Of a stretch of 64,000 bases of DNA, positions 54,108-61,731 are shown in pieces. Every line of letters begins with the position of its first letter. Within the stretch, counting starts at the first letter, position 1. The notes under the pieces were generated by a model, which was given only the letters and a program-made list of their open reading frames with translations, ran no database searches and was not told the DNA's origin. The stretch lies in sequence record NC_019521.1. One strand, 5' to 3'. The position numbers and the translations under genes were made by a program.

Positions 54108-55417
54108 TGCAAAGGACTATTATCGTAGATGGTAACTTCATGTTAATGCGTATCTTCTCAGTTCTAAACTTTGAAGGAACATTCATGACAGTTAAACGAC
54201 CTGAAGAATCTGATATGCAGTTTAATGCTAGACGAAACAAAGACATTAATGAATTCATTAAAAATCTTTGTCGACATTTCGCAAAAACTGTTCAAAGATA
54301 TTCATACTGTGACAAGATCATTATAGCTAAAGATGCTAAATCTTGGCGTAAGGACATGTCAATTCCTCAACCAAAGAATTATACTTTAGATGGATTCACA
54401 GAAGGTGATGATACAGATTACAAAGGTAATCGTGTAAAGGATGATAAAGTTGATTGGTCGGTTGTATATTCAACATTCGAGGATTTTGCCCAAACTTTAG
54501 AAAGTGATTTCAATGTACCATATGCTAAAGTAAATGGTGCTGAAGGTGATGATTGGTTATGGTATCTTCCTAGATATTTGTATAAGAATAAGAAAATACA
54601 TTCATTGCTTTACTGTAGTGATGGTGATATTTCTCATACTATCAAAGATTATACAATCATTGCTAGACAAGTAAAAACTAAAATCGGACCACAAGGTGAG
54701 TTACTTACTACAAAGAAACTTAATGAAGTTTTCGATGCTACTAAAAATGCTACTATCTTTAATGTTAATCATTCAGAATCTGACCATTTAACTGAAATGT
54801 TTAAGGAAGTAAGTACTGGATTAGTTCATCATATCGTACCTAATCCAGCTTCTCATTTGGTTTGGAAATTATTGATAGGTGATGCTAAAGATAACATTCC
54901 TTGTACTGTAGCTTATACGAAAAATGGTAAACAGTGGAAACGACCTAATCATACATTCTTTTGTAAGTTCTTAGATTTCAAAGGTATTGGATTAGAATCC
55001 GATCATGAAAATCCATTAACTTTCGAACATCTTTATGATGAGAAATTCATTAGAGAGTTTTATCAAGATTGGTTCGCACCGTCAATGAAGAAAGCTATTA
55101 ATCAAGATATGGATATCGATCACGCTGTTGGAATCTATAAGAACAATCTTAAGATGTTGCATCTTTCTAAAGAACAAATTCCAGAATACGTTTATGATGG
55201 AATGCAGAAAACTATCGAATCTAAATTAGACATACTTGATAAATGTGATACGAAACTAATGACCAATGGTAACGTATTAATCAATTCGATAAATAAAGGG
55301 GCTGCTGTTAATGACTTCTTTAACATGTTCAATCTTGACAAAACTGAAAATACGGTAGAAACACCTGAAGCTTGTGTACCTGATGCTAGTATATTTGACG
55401 AACTAGGTATCGACTAA
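54107..55417 (+). CDS. 5'-3' exonuclease / T4 RNase H (FEN family)
   Basis: IIVDGNFML, DAKSWRK, YKGNR, AEGDD, SDGD, LIGDAKDNIP. Confidence 0.92.
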   Translation: MQRTIIVDGNFMLMRIFSVLNFEGTFMTVKRPEESDMQFNARRNKDINEFIKNLCRHFAKTVQRYSYCDKIIIAKDAKSWRKDMSIPQPKNYTLDGFTEGDDTDYKGNRVKDDKVDWSVVYSTFEDFAQTLESDFNVPYAKVNGAEGDDWLWYLPRYLYKNKKIHSLLYCSDGDISHTIKDYTIIARQVKTKIGPQGELLTTKKLNEVFDATKNATIFNVNHSESDHLTEMFKEVSTGLVHHIVPNPASHLVWKLLIGDAKDNIPCTVAYTKNGKQWKRPNHTFFCKFLDFKGIGLESDHENPLTFEHLYDEKFIREFYQDWFAPSMKKAINQDMDIDHAVGIYKNNLKMLHLSKEQIPEYVYDGMQKTIESKLDILDKCDTKLMTNGNVLINSINKGAAVNDFFNMFNLDKTENTVETPEACVPDASIFDELGID

Positions 55418-55425
55418 ACTAATTT

Positions 55426-55454
55426 GACTCCCATGATATTTCATGGGAGTCTTT
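55426..55454 (+). terminator. Intrinsic terminator
   Basis: GACTCCCATGA-tatt-TCATGGGAGTC-TTT. Confidence 0.85.
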
Positions 55455-55468
55455 AAACTTTATCAATT

Positions 55469-55540
55469 ATGAACATTCTAATCATAGTTATCCTAGCATT
55501 ATTTTACAGATTATATACACTAGAAAAATATGACGAATAA
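55469..55540 (+). CDS. Possible 23-aa hydrophobic peptide (not in ORF track)
   Basis: MNILIIVILALFYRLYTLEKYDE, overlaps the next start. Confidence 0.4.
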   Translation: MNILIIVILALFYRLYTLEKYDE

Positions 55541-55823
55541 GAAAACAACTTCTGAAGTCTTAAAAGAAATAGTTAAGAACGAAACTAGTAAGACTATTAT
55601 CTTTCTTTCAGGTTTACAAGAAGGTGATACTATGGAAGCTATAGGATTCATAGATTCTACGATTCTTAAAGCTGCTAAAGAAATAGCACATATGATAGTA
55701 AACGATAGTCATTGTTCACCCGACCGTATCAAAACTCCTAATAGTAACAATTGTGCTGATTATGTGGAAAACTGGTTTAAAGAAAACAAATATGAAACGA
55801 AATTTAGCATACAAAATCATTAG
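55530..55823 (+). CDS. Hypothetical protein
   Basis: 97-aa ORF. Confidence 0.7.
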   Translation: MTNKKTTSEVLKEIVKNETSKTIIFLSGLQEGDTMEAIGFIDSTILKAAKEIAHMIVNDSHCSPDRIKTPNSNNCADYVENWFKENKYETKFSIQNH

Positions 55824-55856
55824 ATTCATTATCAAAGCTTTAACGTTTAGAAAGAA

Positions 55857-56261
55857 ATGACAGATATAGAAATTTGTTTCGTAATAGGTCTGATTATTAC
55901 AGTTTACGTATTTATCAGAATATTCTTTAGTAAGCCTGAAATAATTAAATTCTATTCTTACAATTATCATAAGTATTCTGACGGACGTTCTCAGTTATGT
56001 CTATATTATTGTAATGCTGATTATTCTAAGAAAATCTGGGACAATGATGACAAACCAGTTTATAGAATTATTCTAAGAGGTCCTATAATCGATTTAGATG
56101 AATGTCTTAGGATCATGTTAGAATATAAGTACGATTTCGAAAAGACAACAAGAATCAAGTTCATAAATAAATTCTGTAACGTTAAAGGAATAGCCTATGG
56201 TTATACAATTGATCTACTATCTTACGAAAGTATAGCACTAAAACCTTTTCCAAAACATTAG
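55857..56261 (+). CDS. Hypothetical membrane-anchored protein
   Basis: N-terminal TM helix. Confidence 0.7.
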   Translation: MTDIEICFVIGLIITVYVFIRIFFSKPEIIKFYSYNYHKYSDGRSQLCLYYCNADYSKKIWDNDDKPVYRIILRGPIIDLDECLRIMLEYKYDFEKTTRIKFINKFCNVKGIAYGYTIDLLSYESIALKPFPKH

Positions 56262-56267
56262 TAAAAT
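56239..56267 (+). promoter_or_regulatory. Early-type promoter variant TAAAAC-N17-TAAAAT
   Basis: Variant of the class. Confidence 0.45.
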
Positions 56268-56274
56268 AAATATA

Positions 56275-56736
56275 ATGGAAATCATACATAAAATTGGATT
56301 CTTTGAATTCCTTGACGCGTTCTTTACAGATTCTGTAACTTACAAAAGATTAACTGTAAAAGCTAAAATGGAACATTACTTTATGACGATAAGAACATTA
56401 TCGATAATGTTACCATCATATTGTCATATCATTAACAAAACTCATAATGTTCATGTTTTGGATTCTATCCAGAAAGAAGTTGGAAATCAATCTAGAAAAC
56501 CTCAATGGTTATTTACATCTTCTAAAGGTATCAAAGCGGCTGAAGAGCAAGCTAATCCTTTAGCAAAATATCAAGAAGCTGATCTTATCGAATTCTGTAA
56601 AGACAATGAATTAGAATTCAAGGATTTGAAAACTATCCATCAATTTGCTGGTAAGAATCTTATAGCTTCGATAGAATCTTATATAGATGATCTCTTATCA
56701 GATAAGATGAAACCAACAAAGTCTAGAAAAAACTAA
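56275..56736 (+). CDS. Possible clamp-loader A subunit (T4 gp62-like)
   Basis: YFMTIRTLS..IINK..RKPQWL pattern resembles gp62 family YIINRCLS..EMN..RFSPWL. Confidence 0.4.
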   Translation: MEIIHKIGFFEFLDAFFTDSVTYKRLTVKAKMEHYFMTIRTLSIMLPSYCHIINKTHNVHVLDSIQKEVGNQSRKPQWLFTSSKGIKAAEEQANPLAKYQEADLIEFCKDNELEFKDLKTIHQFAGKNLIASIESYIDDLLSDKMKPTKSRKN

Positions 56737-56746
56737 AAAGTAACTT

Positions 56747-56755
56747 TATACATAT
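56747..56755 (+). promoter_or_regulatory. Late-type promoter TATACATAT with no downstream gene
   Basis: Exact motif, followed by ~65 nt and a terminator. Confidence 0.55.
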
Positions 56756-56821
56756 AATAGGACTTCCAAAAATCCTACTTGCTTTTAAAATAGTGTATTG
56801 AAAATTAAATGTTAAACAATG

Positions 56822-56858
56822 AAGGTCGTACGTTAATCGTACGACCTTTTTATTTTTG
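56822..56858 (+). terminator. Intrinsic terminator facing the terminase 3' end
   Basis: AAGGTCGTACG-ttaat-CGTACGACCTT-TTTATTTTT. Confidence 0.85.
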
Positions 56859-56872
56859 ATGAAATATATTAC

Positions 56873-59077
56873 CTAAAACATATCCATTAAAGATTCAGCT
56901 GAGTCATCTATGTTACCCATACCATTCTTACGAATAGGTCTCCAAGTTTCATATTGATCGTTTTTAGGTTTTTCCAATCTTTCGTGTTCGATAGCGTAAT
57001 CCATGATTTCTTTCATTGGAGCATTATCCCTAATCCTATCTTCGATGTTCTTCTTAACTAATTCAGCTTCAGCTTTAACCATAGTTTCGTAAAGATTCTG
57101 TTTAGGAGTTTTAGGAGCGTCGAAATCGTATTCAGTAGGTTCTGCAACTTGTTGAGCTGATTGTAAAGCATGTTCCTTACTAAAGTAGAATATATCTTCT
57201 TGAGCATCATAAACGAAATTAGCTGGATCAACTAACGTTCCAACTGATTCTTGTTCAGCTTTAATCATTTCAGTAACCTTGATACTTATTCTTTCAAGAT
57301 ATTTCAAGTTTGGTTCGATAAGAGTTTCACTAAATCTACGATCCAATGAAGTATCTAAAAACTCATTAGCGAAATCTTTCCATTCTTGGAAGTCTTGTTC
57401 AAGATAATAAGAAAGGTTAACCATAGGCATAACCAAATCATCATGACCGGTTGTAGCTCTGTAACGACCTCTATCATCTTCACCAAATTCACGTATTTGA
57501 CTTATAGTAACTTCATCGGTTTCGATAAATGTCCTATCGTTAAGATACTTTTTGAAACGATTAACACCGATTCGTTTAGATGAAGCATTAACTCTTATAC
57601 CTTTTTCAGGTTTCGTAGCATCCTTCGATCTATAGAATTTAGCGAAAGTCTCAAATTCGATTTCTAAGTCTGGATAAATATCTTCAAGATACTCCATGTG
57701 AGTCATTAACTGATCACCATATTGATTTCGTTCGATAATCAATTTGACTTTCTCCTGATCCATTCTACTTACAAGTTTCATTATAACGTATGCGAAATCT
57801 TTAATATCGATAAGATTATCGTTAAAAACTCCAACATTAAGTAATGAAATATTATTCGATCTATTGTCTTGATCTATAACACCACCAAGTTTTGGCATCA
57901 TTTTATAGATTTTGATAGTACTGTAATCTTGACCAAGACCTTCAGAAACGTCTACAGATAAAACGAAATAATCTTGTGACAGATTGAAATCGAATAACTG
58001 AGTCCATTGGAAAGAATCATCAAAACCTGTTGCTAGATTATGATATCCTTTCCATTTGTAACCAACTTTCGATAAGTAGTTTATCGTATCCTGATTTAAT
58101 AGCTGTTTAACTTTAGCATCGAACGATAATGCATATTGTTGAGCAAAACCAGCATCACCTAAGTTAGCTTTCTCTTGAGCTACCCATTCCTCGTCACGTC
58201 CTGGAACTTCCCAGTAATCAACTCTAAACGGTACAAGTTTATTCTTTTTCTTTAAAGCACCGTCCCATAATTCCCAGTAATAATTCTTACCGTTTGGTGT
58301 TGAAGTCAGAAAGACTTTAGAATCTGGAATGGATGAAATAGTAGGATAAATGTTAATCCATACTTCGTAAGCGTTCTTAGCATATGCAACCTCATCCCAG
58401 AATATAACGTCTACAGTATAACCCTGAATACAGTCTGGACGTAAAGGTCTTGTAATAATCCTACAACCGTTATCGAATCCCATATCTTCAGCACCCCAAG
58501 ATGTTACTCCAGGTTTTAGGAAGAATGGAAGTGCACCGATAACACCTTTTACTTTACCGAAAATCTCTCCAGCGATTGTAGCACGTTGTGCAAGAATTGC
58601 TACAGTTTTATCAGTATGGAATAAACAGAACCAAACAATGTAAATTGCTGTAGTTGTTGTCTTACCAGTTTGACGTGCTTGTAGAACTATATTAAATCGT
58701 TCTTTTTGATATTGTGCAAGTAATTTCTTTTGATATGGTCTTAATTTGATTTTCGATACCTCTTTACCAGCTTTCAGATAAACATATTTCTCAGCGAAAT
58801 AGTTAATATCATCCATACATTTAAGTATCTCTTCAAGTTCTTCTTCAGTATACTGATAAACTAAGTTAGCGTTTCTAATACCTGGTTTACCACGATAAAA
58901 TGGTGAACCTCTGAAACCAACACCTTCATTTATACAGTTATATACGAAATCGATAGAACGGGATGACCATACAATCGAAGCATTCTCCTGTTCTTCCTTG
59001 GAATCGAAAGGAAGTCTAGGATCGAATGTCTTTATAGTTTCGATATGTTTAAGTTCGTTATTATTAGTATCTATCAT
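56873..59077 (-). CDS. Terminase large subunit (T4 gp17-like)
   Basis: QARQTGKTTT Walker A, IFWDE Walker B, STPNG coupling motif, DVSEGLGQDYS and HDDLVM nuclease motifs. Confidence 0.96.
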   Translation of the reverse strand: MIDTNNNELKHIETIKTFDPRLPFDSKEEQENASIVWSSRSIDFVYNCINEGVGFRGSPFYRGKPGIRNANLVYQYTEEELEEILKCMDDINYFAEKYVYLKAGKEVSKIKLRPYQKKLLAQYQKERFNIVLQARQTGKTTTTAIYIVWFCLFHTDKTVAILAQRATIAGEIFGKVKGVIGALPFFLKPGVTSWGAEDMGFDNGCRIITRPLRPDCIQGYTVDVIFWDEVAYAKNAYEVWINIYPTISSIPDSKVFLTSTPNGKNYYWELWDGALKKKNKLVPFRVDYWEVPGRDEEWVAQEKANLGDAGFAQQYALSFDAKVKQLLNQDTINYLSKVGYKWKGYHNLATGFDDSFQWTQLFDFNLSQDYFVLSVDVSEGLGQDYSTIKIYKMMPKLGGVIDQDNRSNNISLLNVGVFNDNLIDIKDFAYVIMKLVSRMDQEKVKLIIERNQYGDQLMTHMEYLEDIYPDLEIEFETFAKFYRSKDATKPEKGIRVNASSKRIGVNRFKKYLNDRTFIETDEVTISQIREFGEDDRGRYRATTGHDDLVMPMVNLSYYLEQDFQEWKDFANEFLDTSLDRRFSETLIEPNLKYLERISIKVTEMIKAEQESVGTLVDPANFVYDAQEDIFYFSKEHALQSAQQVAEPTEYDFDAPKTPKQNLYETMVKAEAELVKKNIEDRIRDNAPMKEIMDYAIEHERLEKPKNDQYETWRPIRKNGMGNIDDSAESLMDMF

Positions 59078-59100
59078 ATTTACATAAGATGGTCATTATA

Positions 59101-59109
59101 GTATGTATA
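59101..59109 (-). promoter_or_regulatory. Late-type promoter TATACATAC for terminase
   Basis: Reverse-strand copy 23 nt upstream of the terminase ATG. Confidence 0.65.
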
Positions 59110-59112
59110 AAT

Positions 59113-59121
59113 GATACATAT
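59113..59121 (+). promoter_or_regulatory. Late-type promoter GATACATAT
   Basis: Variant, back-to-back with the terminase promoter. Confidence 0.6.
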
Positions 59122-59150
59122 AATATTACTAATCATATTGCAATAGTTTC

Positions 59151-60851
59151 ATGATACCATACCCTCATAATCGAACTAACGATAATTCTATTAATTTCCA
59201 ATTCAATCAGAAACAAGAACGAATAGTTTATTTTGACTTATCGTTTGAAGATAGTTCTGATTTATTAGAATCGATAGATTTGATTTTTGATATCAAAGAG
59301 TTAAATGTTCAAATTCATTACGGATATAGCTTAGATTCTGACAATTGGTCTCAGTTTTATATAGACTTTCAGTTATTCAAATCACATGTTAATGAACAGA
59401 TAAATCAAGGTTTCGAAACCTTTATTCGTATCAAAATTAAAGTCGATAAAGAAGATGAACGAAACTATAATGTTCTAGCTAACAATTATGATACAGTAAT
59501 GATCGAACAGATCGATATCAATTCTAAGAAAGCTAGAATATCAAAAATTGAAGTACCGTTTGCAGATAATAGTATAATCAAAAGAAAGACTACTAATCTT
59601 TGGAAGCCTTATAATGGTATGGAGAAAGCTACAAAGATTTGGAAAAACATATCTTACGCTATTAACAACGTCGTTGGATTCTATGTTTGGTATTTCAAAG
59701 TTCAATCAGATAAATCAAATAGATCGATTTCGTTAAAGTCTTATCGTTTAAAGAATGTTTCTGATTTAAAGAAAATCAAGATTTTAATACCTGATAATGA
59801 AATACCTGATAACGCTAATATCTTTTCTGAATACGGAATAACATTTAACGATGAAATGACTTTCCATATCTTAGATGAAGTGTTTATCGAAGCTTTTACT
59901 AAAGAAGCTGGAGGTCCACAACAACACGATTTCTTGTATTTCCCTCTTACTAATAGAATGTATGAAGTTAATAATGCTTATCCAGTTAAGGAATTCATGC
60001 AAGAGTATGTAAAGTGGCAAGTTAGTCTAGTGAAATATGAAAAGTCTGATATCGTTAATCTAAAAACTGAAGACGATGAAACTGTTAGTTTCGAAGAACA
60101 AATAAACGAATGGATAAACTTTCAGGATAAGAATCTAGAACAAGTTGAATCGTTCGAAGAAATACAGAAATCGACTCCAGATTATTACAACATGGATGTT
60201 CTTGAAGCTACTAGATCAGCTTTACATAAGGACTTAGAAATCATAGAATATCCAATGTACAATAAAACCGTTAAATTGTTTTCTAACTGGTATAGATTAA
60301 GTATGGTTCCGAAAGATGAACTAGCTGTATCATACAAAGCTAGAAATACTAAACCTGACAATATTTCGATATCGTTTTGGATGTATCAAGAAACTAGAAG
60401 TTCTAAACCATTGTTCAAAACGAAATCAGATAAAGGTAATTCTTGGTTAGACTTAGATTTTAAGCAAGGTAAGATAGTTCTATCGATAAATGGAGTATCG
60501 TTATTAACTTCAAACGTTTCTATAGAATCTAAGAAGAAATATTGTATTTGCGTTAACTGGTCTAATCAGTATCAATACTGTTCTATGATTATCATGGAAT
60601 ATGATGATTCTACAAGAAGTATTACTAATATCGATACTGAAACTGTTACTGTAAGAAACTATACAGAACTTTTGAATTCGATAGAAATATTTGGTGGTCA
60701 ACATCTTATTTCAGCAATGACTTTAAGAAAACGTACAATTGACGAAGCTAACGCTAAAGAATTGTTATTAACGACACAACCTAATTCAGATGATGTAATA
60801 TTTCATGATAAATGTGATACAGTTGGTTCTGATATTAGATCGAGATTGTAA
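59151..60851 (+). CDS. Neck/head-completion protein (T4 gp14-like) with extra domains
   Basis: PQQHDFLYFPLTNRMYEV matches the gp14 PxxGDLIYFP..FEI motif. Confidence 0.65.
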   Translation: MIPYPHNRTNDNSINFQFNQKQERIVYFDLSFEDSSDLLESIDLIFDIKELNVQIHYGYSLDSDNWSQFYIDFQLFKSHVNEQINQGFETFIRIKIKVDKEDERNYNVLANNYDTVMIEQIDINSKKARISKIEVPFADNSIIKRKTTNLWKPYNGMEKATKIWKNISYAINNVVGFYVWYFKVQSDKSNRSISLKSYRLKNVSDLKKIKILIPDNEIPDNANIFSEYGITFNDEMTFHILDEVFIEAFTKEAGGPQQHDFLYFPLTNRMYEVNNAYPVKEFMQEYVKWQVSLVKYEKSDIVNLKTEDDETVSFEEQINEWINFQDKNLEQVESFEEIQKSTPDYYNMDVLEATRSALHKDLEIIEYPMYNKTVKLFSNWYRLSMVPKDELAVSYKARNTKPDNISISFWMYQETRSSKPLFKTKSDKGNSWLDLDFKQGKIVLSINGVSLLTSNVSIESKKKYCICVNWSNQYQYCSMIIMEYDDSTRSITNIDTETVTVRNYTELLNSIEIFGGQHLISAMTLRKRTIDEANAKELLLTTQPNSDDVIFHDKCDTVGSDIRSRL

Positions 60852-60854
60852 TTT

Positions 60855-60863
60855 TATACATAT
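60855..60863 (+). promoter_or_regulatory. Late-type promoter TATACATAT
   Basis: Exact motif. Confidence 0.75.
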
Positions 60864-60899
60864 TTTGGAAACAATTAAGAACGATACAAAAACTTAAAA

Positions 60900-61646
60900 A
60901 TGGCTAGAAAATATAAAGACGGAGACAATTTCGATACTGAGTACGGGGGATTATACGAAAACGAATTAGATGAATTAGCTAAATCTACACATAACGATCA
61001 ATTAGCTTCTTACAAACCTTTGAATATCGATACTGAAAATACTGTAATCAAGAACAAATCTAAAACGTTTGTTAACAGTATCGTTAAGATGTATTACAAG
61101 TTCAATGATGAAATCGAAGGATTGTATTACAACGAAGAAGATAAAGCTGAGGAAAACATGCTCAAGGAAATAGTAGCATCTATTGCGAATATTGAAGCTG
61201 ATAACCTAGATATCTTACTTAAACAAGTTAAATGGTCTTCGCATTTAGTTGAGACTTTAATGAGGCGATTAGAAACTGGTGGTAACATGGACCCAGATTT
61301 AATAGAACAAATCATGAAGGCTCAACAATCAGCATTGAATCTAACGTTAACTATATCTTCACATGTTCGTAATATTCCAACGTTCTTTAAACATCTTCAA
61401 AATGATATAATGAATAACGGTAATTCTGTAATGGATAATATGTTACCAATTCATGAATCTGGTGGTATGTTACAATTAGCTGAAGCTAGTGAAGTTCATG
61501 AAGCTATTTCAGAACCTTCGGAATTCGATATAGCTAAACCTCAACGTGGTATGAAGGATTTGATAGCTCAAGTTAACAAAGCTAAAGCTGAAGCTAGAAA
61601 AGAACATGGTGATGAAATAGATTTCGAAGATATTAAAAACGATTAA
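60900..61646 (+). CDS. Acidic helical late protein; candidate small terminase
   Basis: Helical core, located between neck and sheath genes near terminase; no firm motif. Confidence 0.3.
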   Translation: MARKYKDGDNFDTEYGGLYENELDELAKSTHNDQLASYKPLNIDTENTVIKNKSKTFVNSIVKMYYKFNDEIEGLYYNEEDKAEENMLKEIVASIANIEADNLDILLKQVKWSSHLVETLMRRLETGGNMDPDLIEQIMKAQQSALNLTLTISSHVRNIPTFFKHLQNDIMNNGNSVMDNMLPIHESGGMLQLAEASEVHEAISEPSEFDIAKPQRGMKDLIAQVNKAKAEARKEHGDEIDFEDIKND

Positions 61647-61652
61647 AACGAT

Positions 61653-61661
61653 TATACATAT
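61653..61661 (+). promoter_or_regulatory. Late-type promoter TATACATAT
   Basis: Exact motif. Confidence 0.75.
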
Positions 61662-61731
61662 TCAAACATAAATTAGTAAACAACGTTGTAAGTATTACAT
61701 ACTGCTTACAGCATAACAACAAATAAAATCA

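Noticed and set aside
56813-56861. 16-codon ORF MLNNEGRTLIVRPFYF
   Set aside because: It runs through the terminator hairpin and is likely a chance frame.
84-61315. Short minus-strand and nested alternative-frame ORFs in the track (e.g. 84..266, 6638..7039, 9142..9474, 29643..29939, 31836..32180, 37459..37854, 57386..57583)
   Set aside because: They lie within or antisense to well-supported genes, have low-complexity I/S/F-rich shadow composition, and lack promoter or start context.
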